This document shows positions 22,081 to 29,936 of a stretch of 64,000 bases of DNA, in pieces. The number at the start of each line of letters is the position of its first letter. The stretch's first letter is position 1. Made by a program: the position numbers and the translations under genes. Source of the stretch: an uncultured Planctomycetaceae bacterium (GTDB lineage Bacteria; Planctomycetota; Planctomycetia; Isosphaerales; Isosphaeraceae); assembly GCA_963833985.1 (NCBI GenBank), contig CAWIAD010000002.1:2976001-3040000 (forward strand), in the 5' to 3' direction. The notes under the pieces are model-generated. The model was not told where the DNA came from. It saw nothing but the letters and a program-made list of their open reading frames with translations, and ran no database searches.

Positions 22081-22482
22081 CTACTCGATCAGCAGCCATC
22101 GTGGCGTAGAGTTGTCCGCTGTAACCCCCCACATCAGATTGCCATCGGCATCAGGAATCTGGGGAAGGAAGTCTCGCAGTACCTGCGTCCTTTGGGCCAG
22201 ATCCGGTGGCATATCCGGTGGCAGCACCTGCTCTTTGACGAGGAAGCCCTGTCGGGGATCAGCGGGGGCCTGGGCCTTGACCACGTTGTCGGGCCGGATC
22301 GCCCGAGCCCTCTCCAGATTCTGGAACTCGTTCCCGGCCTGGACCGGGGAGGTGCCGCCCGGGTGGAACTCCTTGACGACCCACCCCGGCTGATCGAGGT
22401 TCTCGTAGACCACGCCCTCGGCGCCACGCCCGAGCTCTTGACCGATGCGAGGCATCCCGCCCATACCCGACGTGTTCGGCAT
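22081..22482 (-). CDS. Minimal protein-kinase-like domain protein (about 133 aa)
   Basis: LGRGAEGVVY glycine loop, VVK, NEF (alphaC Glu), DADGNLM catalytic-loop-like segment; start could be 22581. Confidence 0.6.
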   Translation of the reverse strand: MPNTSGMGGMPRIGQELGRGAEGVVYENLDQPGWVVKEFHPGGTSPVQAGNEFQNLERARAIRPDNVVKAQAPADPRQGFLVKEQVLPPDMPPDLAQRTQVLRDFLPQIPDADGNLMWGVTADNSTPRWLLIE

Positions 22483-22872
22483 CAGGGCTTGCCTCTCGCC
22501 CACAACGGAGCCCACGACGAAGATGAGCCGCCCCTCGGCGTTGTGGTCCCACACGGGCGTCTTCTCAAGTCCCCCAGCCATTCGTCATGCCGACCCGCTG
22601 CAACCTCGAGGCCAACTTCGATCTTACCGCCGACGCCGGCCGACGCAATGTCCGACGAAGAGTTCTTCAAGGGCCTGGAGGACGTGGAGACGCTGAAGCG
22701 ACGGAAGGGATGACTGTCCGTCCCTCCGCCTTCTGCGGGCATGCGACACCTTGCCCCTTTCCCGAGCCTGGGCTCTACCGGGGGCTGACGGCGGTTCCGC
22801 TGGGATGACCGCCACGTCTTGAACCGGGGCGATTTCGTCAGCCTTGGCGTAACTCGTTGCCATGACCTGTCA

Positions 22873-22927
22873 CAGCGGAGAGGACGGGACGGCCATTGAA
22901 CTTTTTATCGCCGGGATTCGGGGCTGG
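22873..22927. repeat. att-like repeat copy 1 (begins with tRNA-Ser 3'-end fragment)
   Basis: 50/55 identical to 24674-24728; starts AGCGGAGAGGACGGGA, similar to 26637-26652. Confidence 0.8.
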
Positions 22928-22991
22928 CAAGCCGATGTGCGGCGGCATTTCCCTGGAAAACCAGAGCAAGAGTGAACCATTCGTGTTCGGG

Positions 22992-23132
22992 ATGAAACCG
23001 GCCCGCCATTACGGAGTTCTACTCGACTCCGGTAAACTCAAGAACCGAGTGGCCGTGGCCCGGCACTTGAGCGTCAGCCGGGCACGGGTCACGCAGGTGT
23101 TGCGGCGGCTGGCTAGCGTTCCTGTCGAGTAG
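22992..23132 (+). pseudogene. HTH remnant of the type found in integrative elements
   Basis: ARHYGVLLDSGKLKNRVAVARHLSVSRARVTQVL. Confidence 0.5.
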
Positions 23133-23218
23133 GAACGTCCCTAAAAAGCGTCCATCGAGGCTCCCCAGTCATATCAAAAAGGCGTTGTGTTTCGCCTCTT
23201 TTCTTGTATGATTGGGGC

Positions 23219-24034
23219 ATGAGCAGCATTCAGGAATTTGTCGATTCACAGCTTGTCCGAGGTCGGAGTTTCTTCACGAAACCAGCCCTGGCCGATCTCG
23301 CCCTATCGCCGGAGGCGCTGAAGTCCGCAATCGCCCGGCTTTCCAGGAAAGGCGGCCTTGTTTCCCCGCGCCGGGGATTCTACCTGATCCTTCGGCCTGA
23401 AGACCGTGTGCTCGGCGCTCCCGATCCTGCCCGGTGGATTGACCCATTGATGAAGTTCCTTGAAGTTGACTACCGCATCTCCCTGCTTCGCGCGGCCGCG
23501 TTTCATGGGGCTGCCCATCAGGCGGCGATGGTCTTTCAGGTCATCGCGCCGCGACAACAGCCAGACATCGAAATCGGTCGGCAACGAATCGAGTTCCTGT
23601 TCCAGTCGCCGCGAGCATTCTCCAAGGCAAATCGTCCCGAATGGCTGGCACAACTGAAAACGGACGCCGGGTTCGCCAAGGTGGCGGGTGTGGAACTGAC
23701 CCTGCTCGACATCTGCCGTTATTTCCATCAGGCCGGAGGGATCAACGGAGCCGCGCAGGCCGTTCACGATCTGGGCAAGAAAGCCGACGCCCGCATCCTC
23801 GCCAAGGCAGCCAGCGTATACGAGAATTCGGCCGTCCGGCGACTTGGCTACCTTCTGGAACGATTCGGACATTCGCGGCAGGCCAAGGCACTCCGGCCCT
23901 TGGCCGAGAAGGCCAAATCCTTCAAGGCACTCGACCCGTCGGTTAAGCCCATCGTCCCGGAACTGGCCGCAACGGACGAACGAAACGCGGATTGGAAGCT
24001 CATCATCAGTGTGCCCGTGGAGATTGACTTGTGA
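23219..24034 (+). CDS. Type IV TA antitoxin, AbiEi family
   Basis: N-terminal wHTH (ARLSRKG..SPRRGFYLI), YRISLLRAAAFHGAAHQA, ELTLLD, RRLGYLLE; overlaps the AbiEii gene. Confidence 0.85.
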   Translation: MSSIQEFVDSQLVRGRSFFTKPALADLALSPEALKSAIARLSRKGGLVSPRRGFYLILRPEDRVLGAPDPARWIDPLMKFLEVDYRISLLRAAAFHGAAHQAAMVFQVIAPRQQPDIEIGRQRIEFLFQSPRAFSKANRPEWLAQLKTDAGFAKVAGVELTLLDICRYFHQAGGINGAAQAVHDLGKKADARILAKAASVYENSAVRRLGYLLERFGHSRQAKALRPLAEKAKSFKALDPSVKPIVPELAATDERNADWKLIISVPVEIDL

Positions 24035-24576
24035 TCCCAATGGCACATATCCAGGAATGGACGGCGCACGCTCGCTGGCCGGAATTGCGGCAGGTGGAGC
24101 AGGATTTGATGATCTGCCGGGCCATGTGCGACCTGTTCCATAGCCCGCAGTTGCAGGGCAAGATCGCCTTTCGCGGCGGCAAGGCCATCAACAAACTATT
24201 GCGAGCACTACTTCAAAGAGACAAGCACCGGGACTTATTCGACCTCAACGAAGGGCTACTCCAACTTGGCCTGGACTGTGACAAGTTGATTTCCTGTTTC
24301 CATCATTCTCTTGCCCAGGACGGCCGTCCGATCAGCCGGGCGAACGCCGAGGAGCGAATGCTCAAGAAGCTCAACAGAAGCCTCACGGAAGACATCGCGC
24401 CATTGCTGCCTACCGGGGTGAGCTTCGACGACGATGCCGCTATCGCGGCATTCGGCAGGGTCTGGGGAGAGCTGATCGCACGTATTCCGGGTGAGTCGTG
24501 GAAGTCTTCGAAGACGGTGATCGAGGCCATCCGCAATTCGAAGATTCCGTCACTGCTGGATGGCGTCATCAAGTGA
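24031..24576 (+). pseudogene. AbiEii nucleotidyltransferase toxin with in-frame internal deletion
   Basis: QVEQDL, FRGGKAINKL joined directly to LRALLQRDKHRDLFDL; RxSEDxD catalytic segment absent; only 181 aa. Confidence 0.75.
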
Positions 24577-24673
24577 ATCCGCCTTCGCCGGGGTGCGCGA
24601 ATTGTCAGGCGGCTGGGTGATGCAGGGTGACAGCCAACGCCAACACAATACGAATGCAATTCCACTGCAATGT

Positions 24674-24728
24674 CAGCGGAGAGGGCGGGACGGCAATTGA
24701 ACTTTTTATCGCCGGCGTCCGGGGCTGG
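24674..24728. repeat. att-like repeat copy 2 (begins with tRNA-Ser 3'-end fragment)
   Basis: AGCGGAGAGGGCGGGA matches tRNA end 26637-26652 at 15/16. Confidence 0.8.
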
Positions 24729-24766
24729 GACGCTGGATTGCGAGCATTTCTCGACACTTCGGCGGG

Positions 24767-24862
24767 TAGGAACGACACAGCTCAGCAGCGGCGGGGGCCG
24801 AGTGAGCTACGAATCTGGGAAAGCCGACATGCCCCTCCGTCTGCTGTAGCGCCTGGTTCGGC
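24767..24862 (-). other. Integron attC-like site
   Basis: Minus strand GCCGAAC..CTACAGCAGACGG...CCGCTGCTGAGC..GTTCCTA imperfect palindrome downstream of DUF1801 gene. Confidence 0.7.
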
Positions 24863-24930
24863 CTCCGCCGCGCCGCGCTGGAGCCACGCGCGCCGCGACA
24901 CGCCCGCGCGCCCAACACCACTTCGCGGCC

Positions 24931-25435
24931 CTACCGCTTCTTCCCCCCGACTCCGGGCAGGGCCGCGACCTGTTTCATCCACTCCGCGATCTGGCGTTCG
25001 TCGAGGTCGTCCACTGATTCGAGTTCCACGCCCCGCGTAGACTTGCCCATCCCCACCGGCGTCACAGGCGGTACAGGCACGAGTGCCGCACCGTTCACGA
25101 ACATGAGTTTGACGTGGCCGGCGAATCCGCCGCAACAGAAGCACCAGCCGTCGCCGACGCCATAGTACGACATGCCCCATTTCACGGAGCGCTTTAGGCC
25201 GGGAAGCGTCTTGGCGGCTAGAGCATCGATGCATTCAGTGATGCCGCGCTGCGGCTGCGGCAGGCTGGCGATGTAGGCGAAGACCGGCTTGTCGCCGACC
25301 GCAGCCTTCGCGGGGCTTGCCTTTCCGGTCGCCATGGATTCCGGCAACGTCGTGGGGGCCGTGCCTTGTGCCGCCGCGCTTGGCCGGTTTGCGGACTGCG
25401 GGCTTGGAAGTCTTGTCAGACTTGCGGGCGGGCAT
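24931..25435 (-). CDS. DUF1801 (YdhG-like) protein, gene cassette; frameshift near 25345
   Basis: VFAYIASLPQPQR, VKWGMSYYG, HVKLMFVNGAAL; RBS AGGAG before ATG 25435. Confidence 0.75.
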
Positions 25436-25465
25436 GGTGCTCTCCTGTACCTCGGATGTGTCTCG

Positions 25466-25564
25466 GCCGACGCCTTAGCTCAGCAAACGGCGGCCGCGCT
25501 GTGAGCCATGATAGCACGAGGACCCAGAATCGCGGCCGCCGTCTGCTGTAGCGAATTGTTCGGC
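25466..25564 (-). other. Integron attC-like site
   Basis: Minus strand GCCGAAC..CTACAGCAGACGGCGGCCGCG...CGCGGCCGCCGTTTGCTGAGC..G(T)TCGGC (one base missing in R'). Confidence 0.7.
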
Positions 25565-25584
25565 GAGCCAGCGACCACCGCAAT

Positions 25585-25974
25585 TCAAAGCATCGCCGAT
25601 CCGTTTGCAGGTCTGGACGGTCTGTCGATTAACGTAAGTATCGCCAGAAGGAACGGCACCAGTGCCGCTCCTACGATCTGAAGCGTGTGCATTCCGAGTT
25701 GGGGATGCTCCTTGCGGATCTTCTCTCTTCCCTCCCGGGAATAAGATTCCAAAAAACCATTACTTCGCTCGCCTCGCCGCATCTGTCGGACCACCGTCGC
25801 GCACACCGCTGCGGCATTGGCTGCCACTCCGAGACACCCTACAGGCCACAGGAAATTGCCCTGGACGAATGTTGCTTCGCCGATGAAGAGTGCGGCCAAC
25901 GCAACGACGGTGAACTCGACCAGGACAAAGCGGAAGCCGTTGAGAGTGTTGTGCTCGTAAAGGACCTTCCGCAT
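25585..25974 (-). CDS. Small membrane protein, gene cassette
   Basis: 129 aa with three hydrophobic segments; GTTCGGC core site upstream at 26028-26034 and attC downstream. Confidence 0.65.
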   Translation of the reverse strand: MRKVLYEHNTLNGFRFVLVEFTVVALAALFIGEATFVQGNFLWPVGCLGVAANAAAVCATVVRQMRRGERSNGFLESYSREGREKIRKEHPQLGMHTLQIVGAALVPFLLAILTLIDRPSRPANGSAML

Positions 25975-26148
25975 CGTCGCTCCGTTCCGCCACGGTCTCC
26001 CCCGCCCGAGCAGTTTGCATCCAAGCGGCCGAACTTGTGATTCTCTGAATCGAATGCGTTGAGAGTACCAGACGGTCTCCGCATGTCAATCTCCGCAAGG
26101 CCATTGGGATGCGTTGAATCGACCGCGAGAATTGACCCAGCAATCATC

Positions 26149-26512
26149 TCATGCTTGACGGTTGTCCAAGCCAGCGATTAGCCCAGAGATCATCCGCGAA
26201 ATCTCTTCGAGAGTTTCTTTGAACGCCAGGTGATCAGCAGAAGAAATGAAACCACGGCGAGACGCGATTTTCCAACGGAGGCACGCACTCTTGGACGGAA
26301 CCTCGTGCGATCGTGAAGAAGTTTTTCCGATCAGGTTTTGTGAATCGCCCATTGCCTTCGGCAAGGTTGGTCGCGATCGAGAGGGCGGCGCGATTGAGTT
26401 GATCGACGAGGAAGTAGTAACCGCGAGGGAAGGATTCGGTCAGGACCGAGATCCGATCGGCAAAATCAACGGCCTTCTGGTAGACCTGAAGATTCTCAAA
26501 CATGAAGGCCAT
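26149..26512 (-). CDS. Four-helix bundle protein (23S rRNA IVP-like); frameshift near 26280
   Basis: FENLQVYQKA, DQLNRAALSIATNLAEG, FFTIARGS..E, ISRMISGLI. Confidence 0.85.
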
Positions 26513-26613
26513 GAGACAAGATCTGAAGAGGAGCAGGAGATCAGTGGAACAGTAGTCCGCAGTCGAGCACGTTGTCTCTCTACTGATCCACTGTTCTCCC
26601 GCTCGACTGCTCT

Positions 26614-26638
26614 CTTTTTTGCCTGGAAGGCAAAAAAG
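26614..26638. terminator. Short hairpin flanked by T and A runs downstream of tRNA
   Basis: CTTTTTTGCC-TGGAA-GGCAAAAAAG. Confidence 0.45.
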
Positions 26639-26727
26639 CGGAGAGGGGGGGATTCGAACCCCCGAGACCGGTTGCCCAGTCTAACGGTTTAGCAAACCGT
26701 CGCTATCGACCACTCAGCCACCTCTCC
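26639..26727 (-). tRNA. tRNA-Ser(GCT)
   Basis: GGAGAGG/CCTCTCC acceptor stem, anticodon arm ACGGT-TTGCTAA-ACCGT, long variable arm, GGTTCGAATCC; CCA not encoded. Confidence 0.97.
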
Positions 26728-26979
26728 TGGGTATCTCGGCGCGTCGGCCGGATGGCAGAGTCGAGTGTATCCGAGAACAATACCAGATCCGGCGCGGGAT
26801 CGTCAATTCCGCGGCTCACCCGCAGGCCGAGCACGGCCCGTACGCCCGCACGGGAACTCCCGTGCCATCTGGACCGGTGGCGGCCTTTCAGAAACTGGTC
26901 GTCCTGCGCATTTTCCTGGATTGGTCCTGGCCCGGGTTGCACTAAGCTGGGTAGAAAACCAGAAATGCGAGGGCGGCCA

Positions 26980-29055
26980 ATGGGTAATGTCGACCGAGCG
27001 GTCTTGCTGAAGCAGATGGACCGGCTCCATCGCGACGGGACGTACACCCACCAGAGCGACTCGCAGCTCCTCGACCGCTACCTGCGGTCGCGCGATGAAG
27101 GGGCGTTCGAGGCGATCGTTCAGCTGCACGGTCCCCTGGTGCTGGCCCTCTGCCGGCGCTTCCTGCGTGATCCGCGGGACATCGAGGACGCCTTCCAGGC
27201 CACATTCCTGATCCTGGCCCGGAAGGCCGGGTCGATCCGTGACCGCGCCGTCCTCTCGAGCTGGATTTACGGAGTGGCCTACCGGGTTGCGGTCCGTGCC
27301 CGGGCCGACGTGCTCAGGCGGCGGTCGCTCGAAATGGGCGTTCCGCTCCTGGATGATTTCTCCGCCGCGGTCTTGCCCGAGCCCGACGAGACCGGGCTGT
27401 TGCTCGATCAGGAGCTGAACCGCCTGCCGGAGAAGTACCGCGCACCGATTGTCCTGTGCTATCTCAACGAGCAGACCCACGACCAGGCGGCCGCGGCGCT
27501 GGCCTGTCCGGTGGGAACCGTGCGCAGCCGGCTGGCGCGAGGCCGTGCGCTGCTCAAGGAGCGGCTGGCGCGCCGGGGTTGTACACAGGCCGCGCCCCTG
27601 CTGGGCCTGACGCCTGGGATCTCCATCCGGTCATTGACGACGGCCGTGCCAGAGCCGCTGGTGCGGGCGACGGTCGCGGCCGCGGCTCGGGCCCTGGAGA
27701 TGACAGGCACTGGAGTTCGCCCGGCCTTGCTCTCTCTCATCAGTTCCGGATCTCCTTCTCTCTCCGGGTCGGCCACGACCCTGGCTCAAGGAGTGCTCAC
27801 GACCATGGCAGTGACTCAGATGAAGATCATCGCGGCAGGACTGACGACGGCGGGCCTGCTCGCCGGCGGGCTCTCCGCCGGCGCATTCGCGCTGGGATCG
27901 TCGGGGCCGGGCCAGCAGGATGCGCAGCCCGTGCCGGCTCAAAAGACCGCGCCGAGGACCTCCGTGCCGCCGGCCACGCCAACTCCCGAGCTTGACATGA
28001 TCCCCGCCGCCAGGCCGCCGGTGTCCGTTCCTGGTCCGGGCCCTGGTGCGTCCGGCGTGGAAACACGGCTGGCCGAGCTGGAACGCAAGCTGGACCTGTT
28101 GCTCGAGCGAATGGGTCGGCCGCAAGCCCCCGCGGCCGGGGCGCAAGACCTCGTTTTCCCCTTTCGAACTCACGGAGTCGTTCCGAATGAGCCCCCCCCG
28201 GTTTCTGCGGTCCCGAGCGTGAATCCTCCTGACTCCGCGCCGCTTCAAGGGCCGCAAACGCAAGGGCCGCAAACGCAACTTCCTCCGGCTCGTGCTGAGG
28301 ATCTCGGCCCGTCCGACGTAGTTGCCCCGGCAGTCGCCCAGCGGCAGTTGCCGCCTGTGCCGGTCGTTCTGCCGATGCCCGCCACGTTCGATCAACTCAC
28401 TGGCCTGCCGAATCCGCCACCGCCGCCTCAAGACGCATTGAATAATCTTCCACTGCTAGAAAGGAGAGTCCCAGCGCTGCCCAGGGGAAACGATGTGTTG
28501 GGGATGATGGATTCCGGGCATTCGTCGCTCCGGGAAGTCAATGCGCAGCTTGATATCGCGGTGGCGCATTTCCGGAGAAGCAAGCAGCTTCTTGACGTTG
28601 GAGCCATCGACCGCGAGGCTTATCAGAAGTGTCTGGATGACATCCGGCTGCTGATGGCCAAGCTTCAGGGGATGGGTGAGGACCTGTCCGACGAACTCGT
28701 GCGGCTGAAGATCGAGCTGCTCAAGAAGCAGGCCGAGCTCAAGCTCGCCGACAGTCAACGGGCCTCGACAGCCAGGACCGCGGCAAGCACGAAGAAGATG
28801 GCAGAGAAAAAAGTGGTCAGCCCGGACGAGGCAGCCCATGCCATGGATGATCTTGGCGCCGCCGAGGCTCGGGTTGTGATCCAGCGCACCGAGGTTCAAC
28901 TGGCCGAGATGCGCATGGAGCAAGTCGAACGGCGCAAGCAGGCGATCTTGCAGGATCTCAGCGAAGTCCTGAGGATCCCGGAACTCAAGCAGGAGCTTGG
29001 CGTCCGGCGTCGGACTGCCGAGCCGGATCAGTCCAGGACTGGTCCCACCTCGTAG
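26980..29055 (+). CDS. ECF sigma factor with long C-terminal extension (TM, Pro-rich, coiled coil)
   Basis: DIEDAFQATFLILARKA, LPEKYRAPIVLCY, GTVRSRLARGR; about 500-aa extension. Confidence 0.88.
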   Translation: MGNVDRAVLLKQMDRLHRDGTYTHQSDSQLLDRYLRSRDEGAFEAIVQLHGPLVLALCRRFLRDPRDIEDAFQATFLILARKAGSIRDRAVLSSWIYGVAYRVAVRARADVLRRRSLEMGVPLLDDFSAAVLPEPDETGLLLDQELNRLPEKYRAPIVLCYLNEQTHDQAAAALACPVGTVRSRLARGRALLKERLARRGCTQAAPLLGLTPGISIRSLTTAVPEPLVRATVAAAARALEMTGTGVRPALLSLISSGSPSLSGSATTLAQGVLTTMAVTQMKIIAAGLTTAGLLAGGLSAGAFALGSSGPGQQDAQPVPAQKTAPRTSVPPATPTPELDMIPAARPPVSVPGPGPGASGVETRLAELERKLDLLLERMGRPQAPAAGAQDLVFPFRTHGVVPNEPPPVSAVPSVNPPDSAPLQGPQTQGPQTQLPPARAEDLGPSDVVAPAVAQRQLPPVPVVLPMPATFDQLTGLPNPPPPPQDALNNLPLLERRVPALPRGNDVLGMMDSGHSSLREVNAQLDIAVAHFRRSKQLLDVGAIDREAYQKCLDDIRLLMAKLQGMGEDLSDELVRLKIELLKKQAELKLADSQRASTARTAASTKKMAEKKVVSPDEAAHAMDDLGAAEARVVIQRTEVQLAEMRMEQVERRKQAILQDLSEVLRIPELKQELGVRRRTAEPDQSRTGPTS

Positions 29056-29128
29056 AACACGTCAAGCTGTCCCTACGGGGGGCGGTACACGCGACGGGAG
29101 CCCGCGGATTGCCTGAAGGCAACGCGGC

Positions 29129-29689
29129 TCACGTCGCTCGCTCTTTCACCATCGTGCTGATGGTCTTGAACTCGGGGCGGTCGGCCGATTCTAGCCATTC
29201 GAAGAGGACGGCTTCGGTGCTGGAGACGACGGCTCCGGCGTGCTCGAGGCGGCGGATGGCGAACTCCCAGTCGAAGCGGTGACGCGAGCTGACGGCATCG
29301 GCGGGAACTTGCACACGAAAGCCGAGGTCAAGCAATTCGACGGCGGTCTGGGCCACGCAGACGTGGGCCTCGATGCCGGCCACCGTGATGTGGCGAATGT
29401 GCCGGCTGTAAAGCTGCTCCACCAGTCGCGGCACGGCACAGCAATGGAAGGTCATCTTGGAGGGCCGTTCGGGGAGCAGGGCGGCCAGGGGGCCCACGGT
29501 GGGGCCCAGCCCGCGGGGGTATTGCTCGGTGGCCCAGACGGGCATCTCCAGCAGTGTGGCGGCACGGATCAGCCGCACGATGTTCTCGGTGAGCAGCACC
29601 CGGTCAGCCATGGCCGCCAGAAGCTTTTCTTGCATGTCCACGACCAGCAAGGCGCCATGCTGGGCGGTGAGCCTTTCGGTCAATCGCAT
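29129..29689 (-). CDS. Isochorismatase-family hydrolase
   Basis: LLVVDMQEKL, TEQYPRGLGPTV, GIEAHVCVAQT. Confidence 0.9.
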   Translation of the reverse strand: MRLTERLTAQHGALLVVDMQEKLLAAMADRVLLTENIVRLIRAATLLEMPVWATEQYPRGLGPTVGPLAALLPERPSKMTFHCCAVPRLVEQLYSRHIRHITVAGIEAHVCVAQTAVELLDLGFRVQVPADAVSSRHRFDWEFAIRRLEHAGAVVSSTEAVLFEWLESADRPEFKTISTMVKERAT

Positions 29690-29936
29690 GGGGAATGCCT
29701 TCTGCGGAGCGCCGCTGCTCGAGATCTCGGGCACCTGGTGCCCATGACTGGACATCCTGAAGTTACGTCGGCCGGTGCCCCCGGTCAAGCGGCCGTCACG
29801 CCTGACCGCGGCTTGCCTTGCCCCTTCCCATGCTCTAGCGTTAGGATGTTCTCCACCATGTACTTTCGTCCGTGTGCCGGCGCGTGCGCCGGAACGTCTC
29901 CTCCGGCCGTGCCGCGCCTGAGCCAGGATCCGAGCC

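Noticed and set aside
22587..22712. Short plus-strand ORF end (MSDEEFFKGLEDVETLKRRKG)
   Set aside because: Looks protein-like but is too short to assign; possibly a remnant of the integrated element.
26149..26512. Avd of a diversity-generating retroelement
   Set aside because: No reverse transcriptase and no TR/VR pair with adenine-specific differences in the window.
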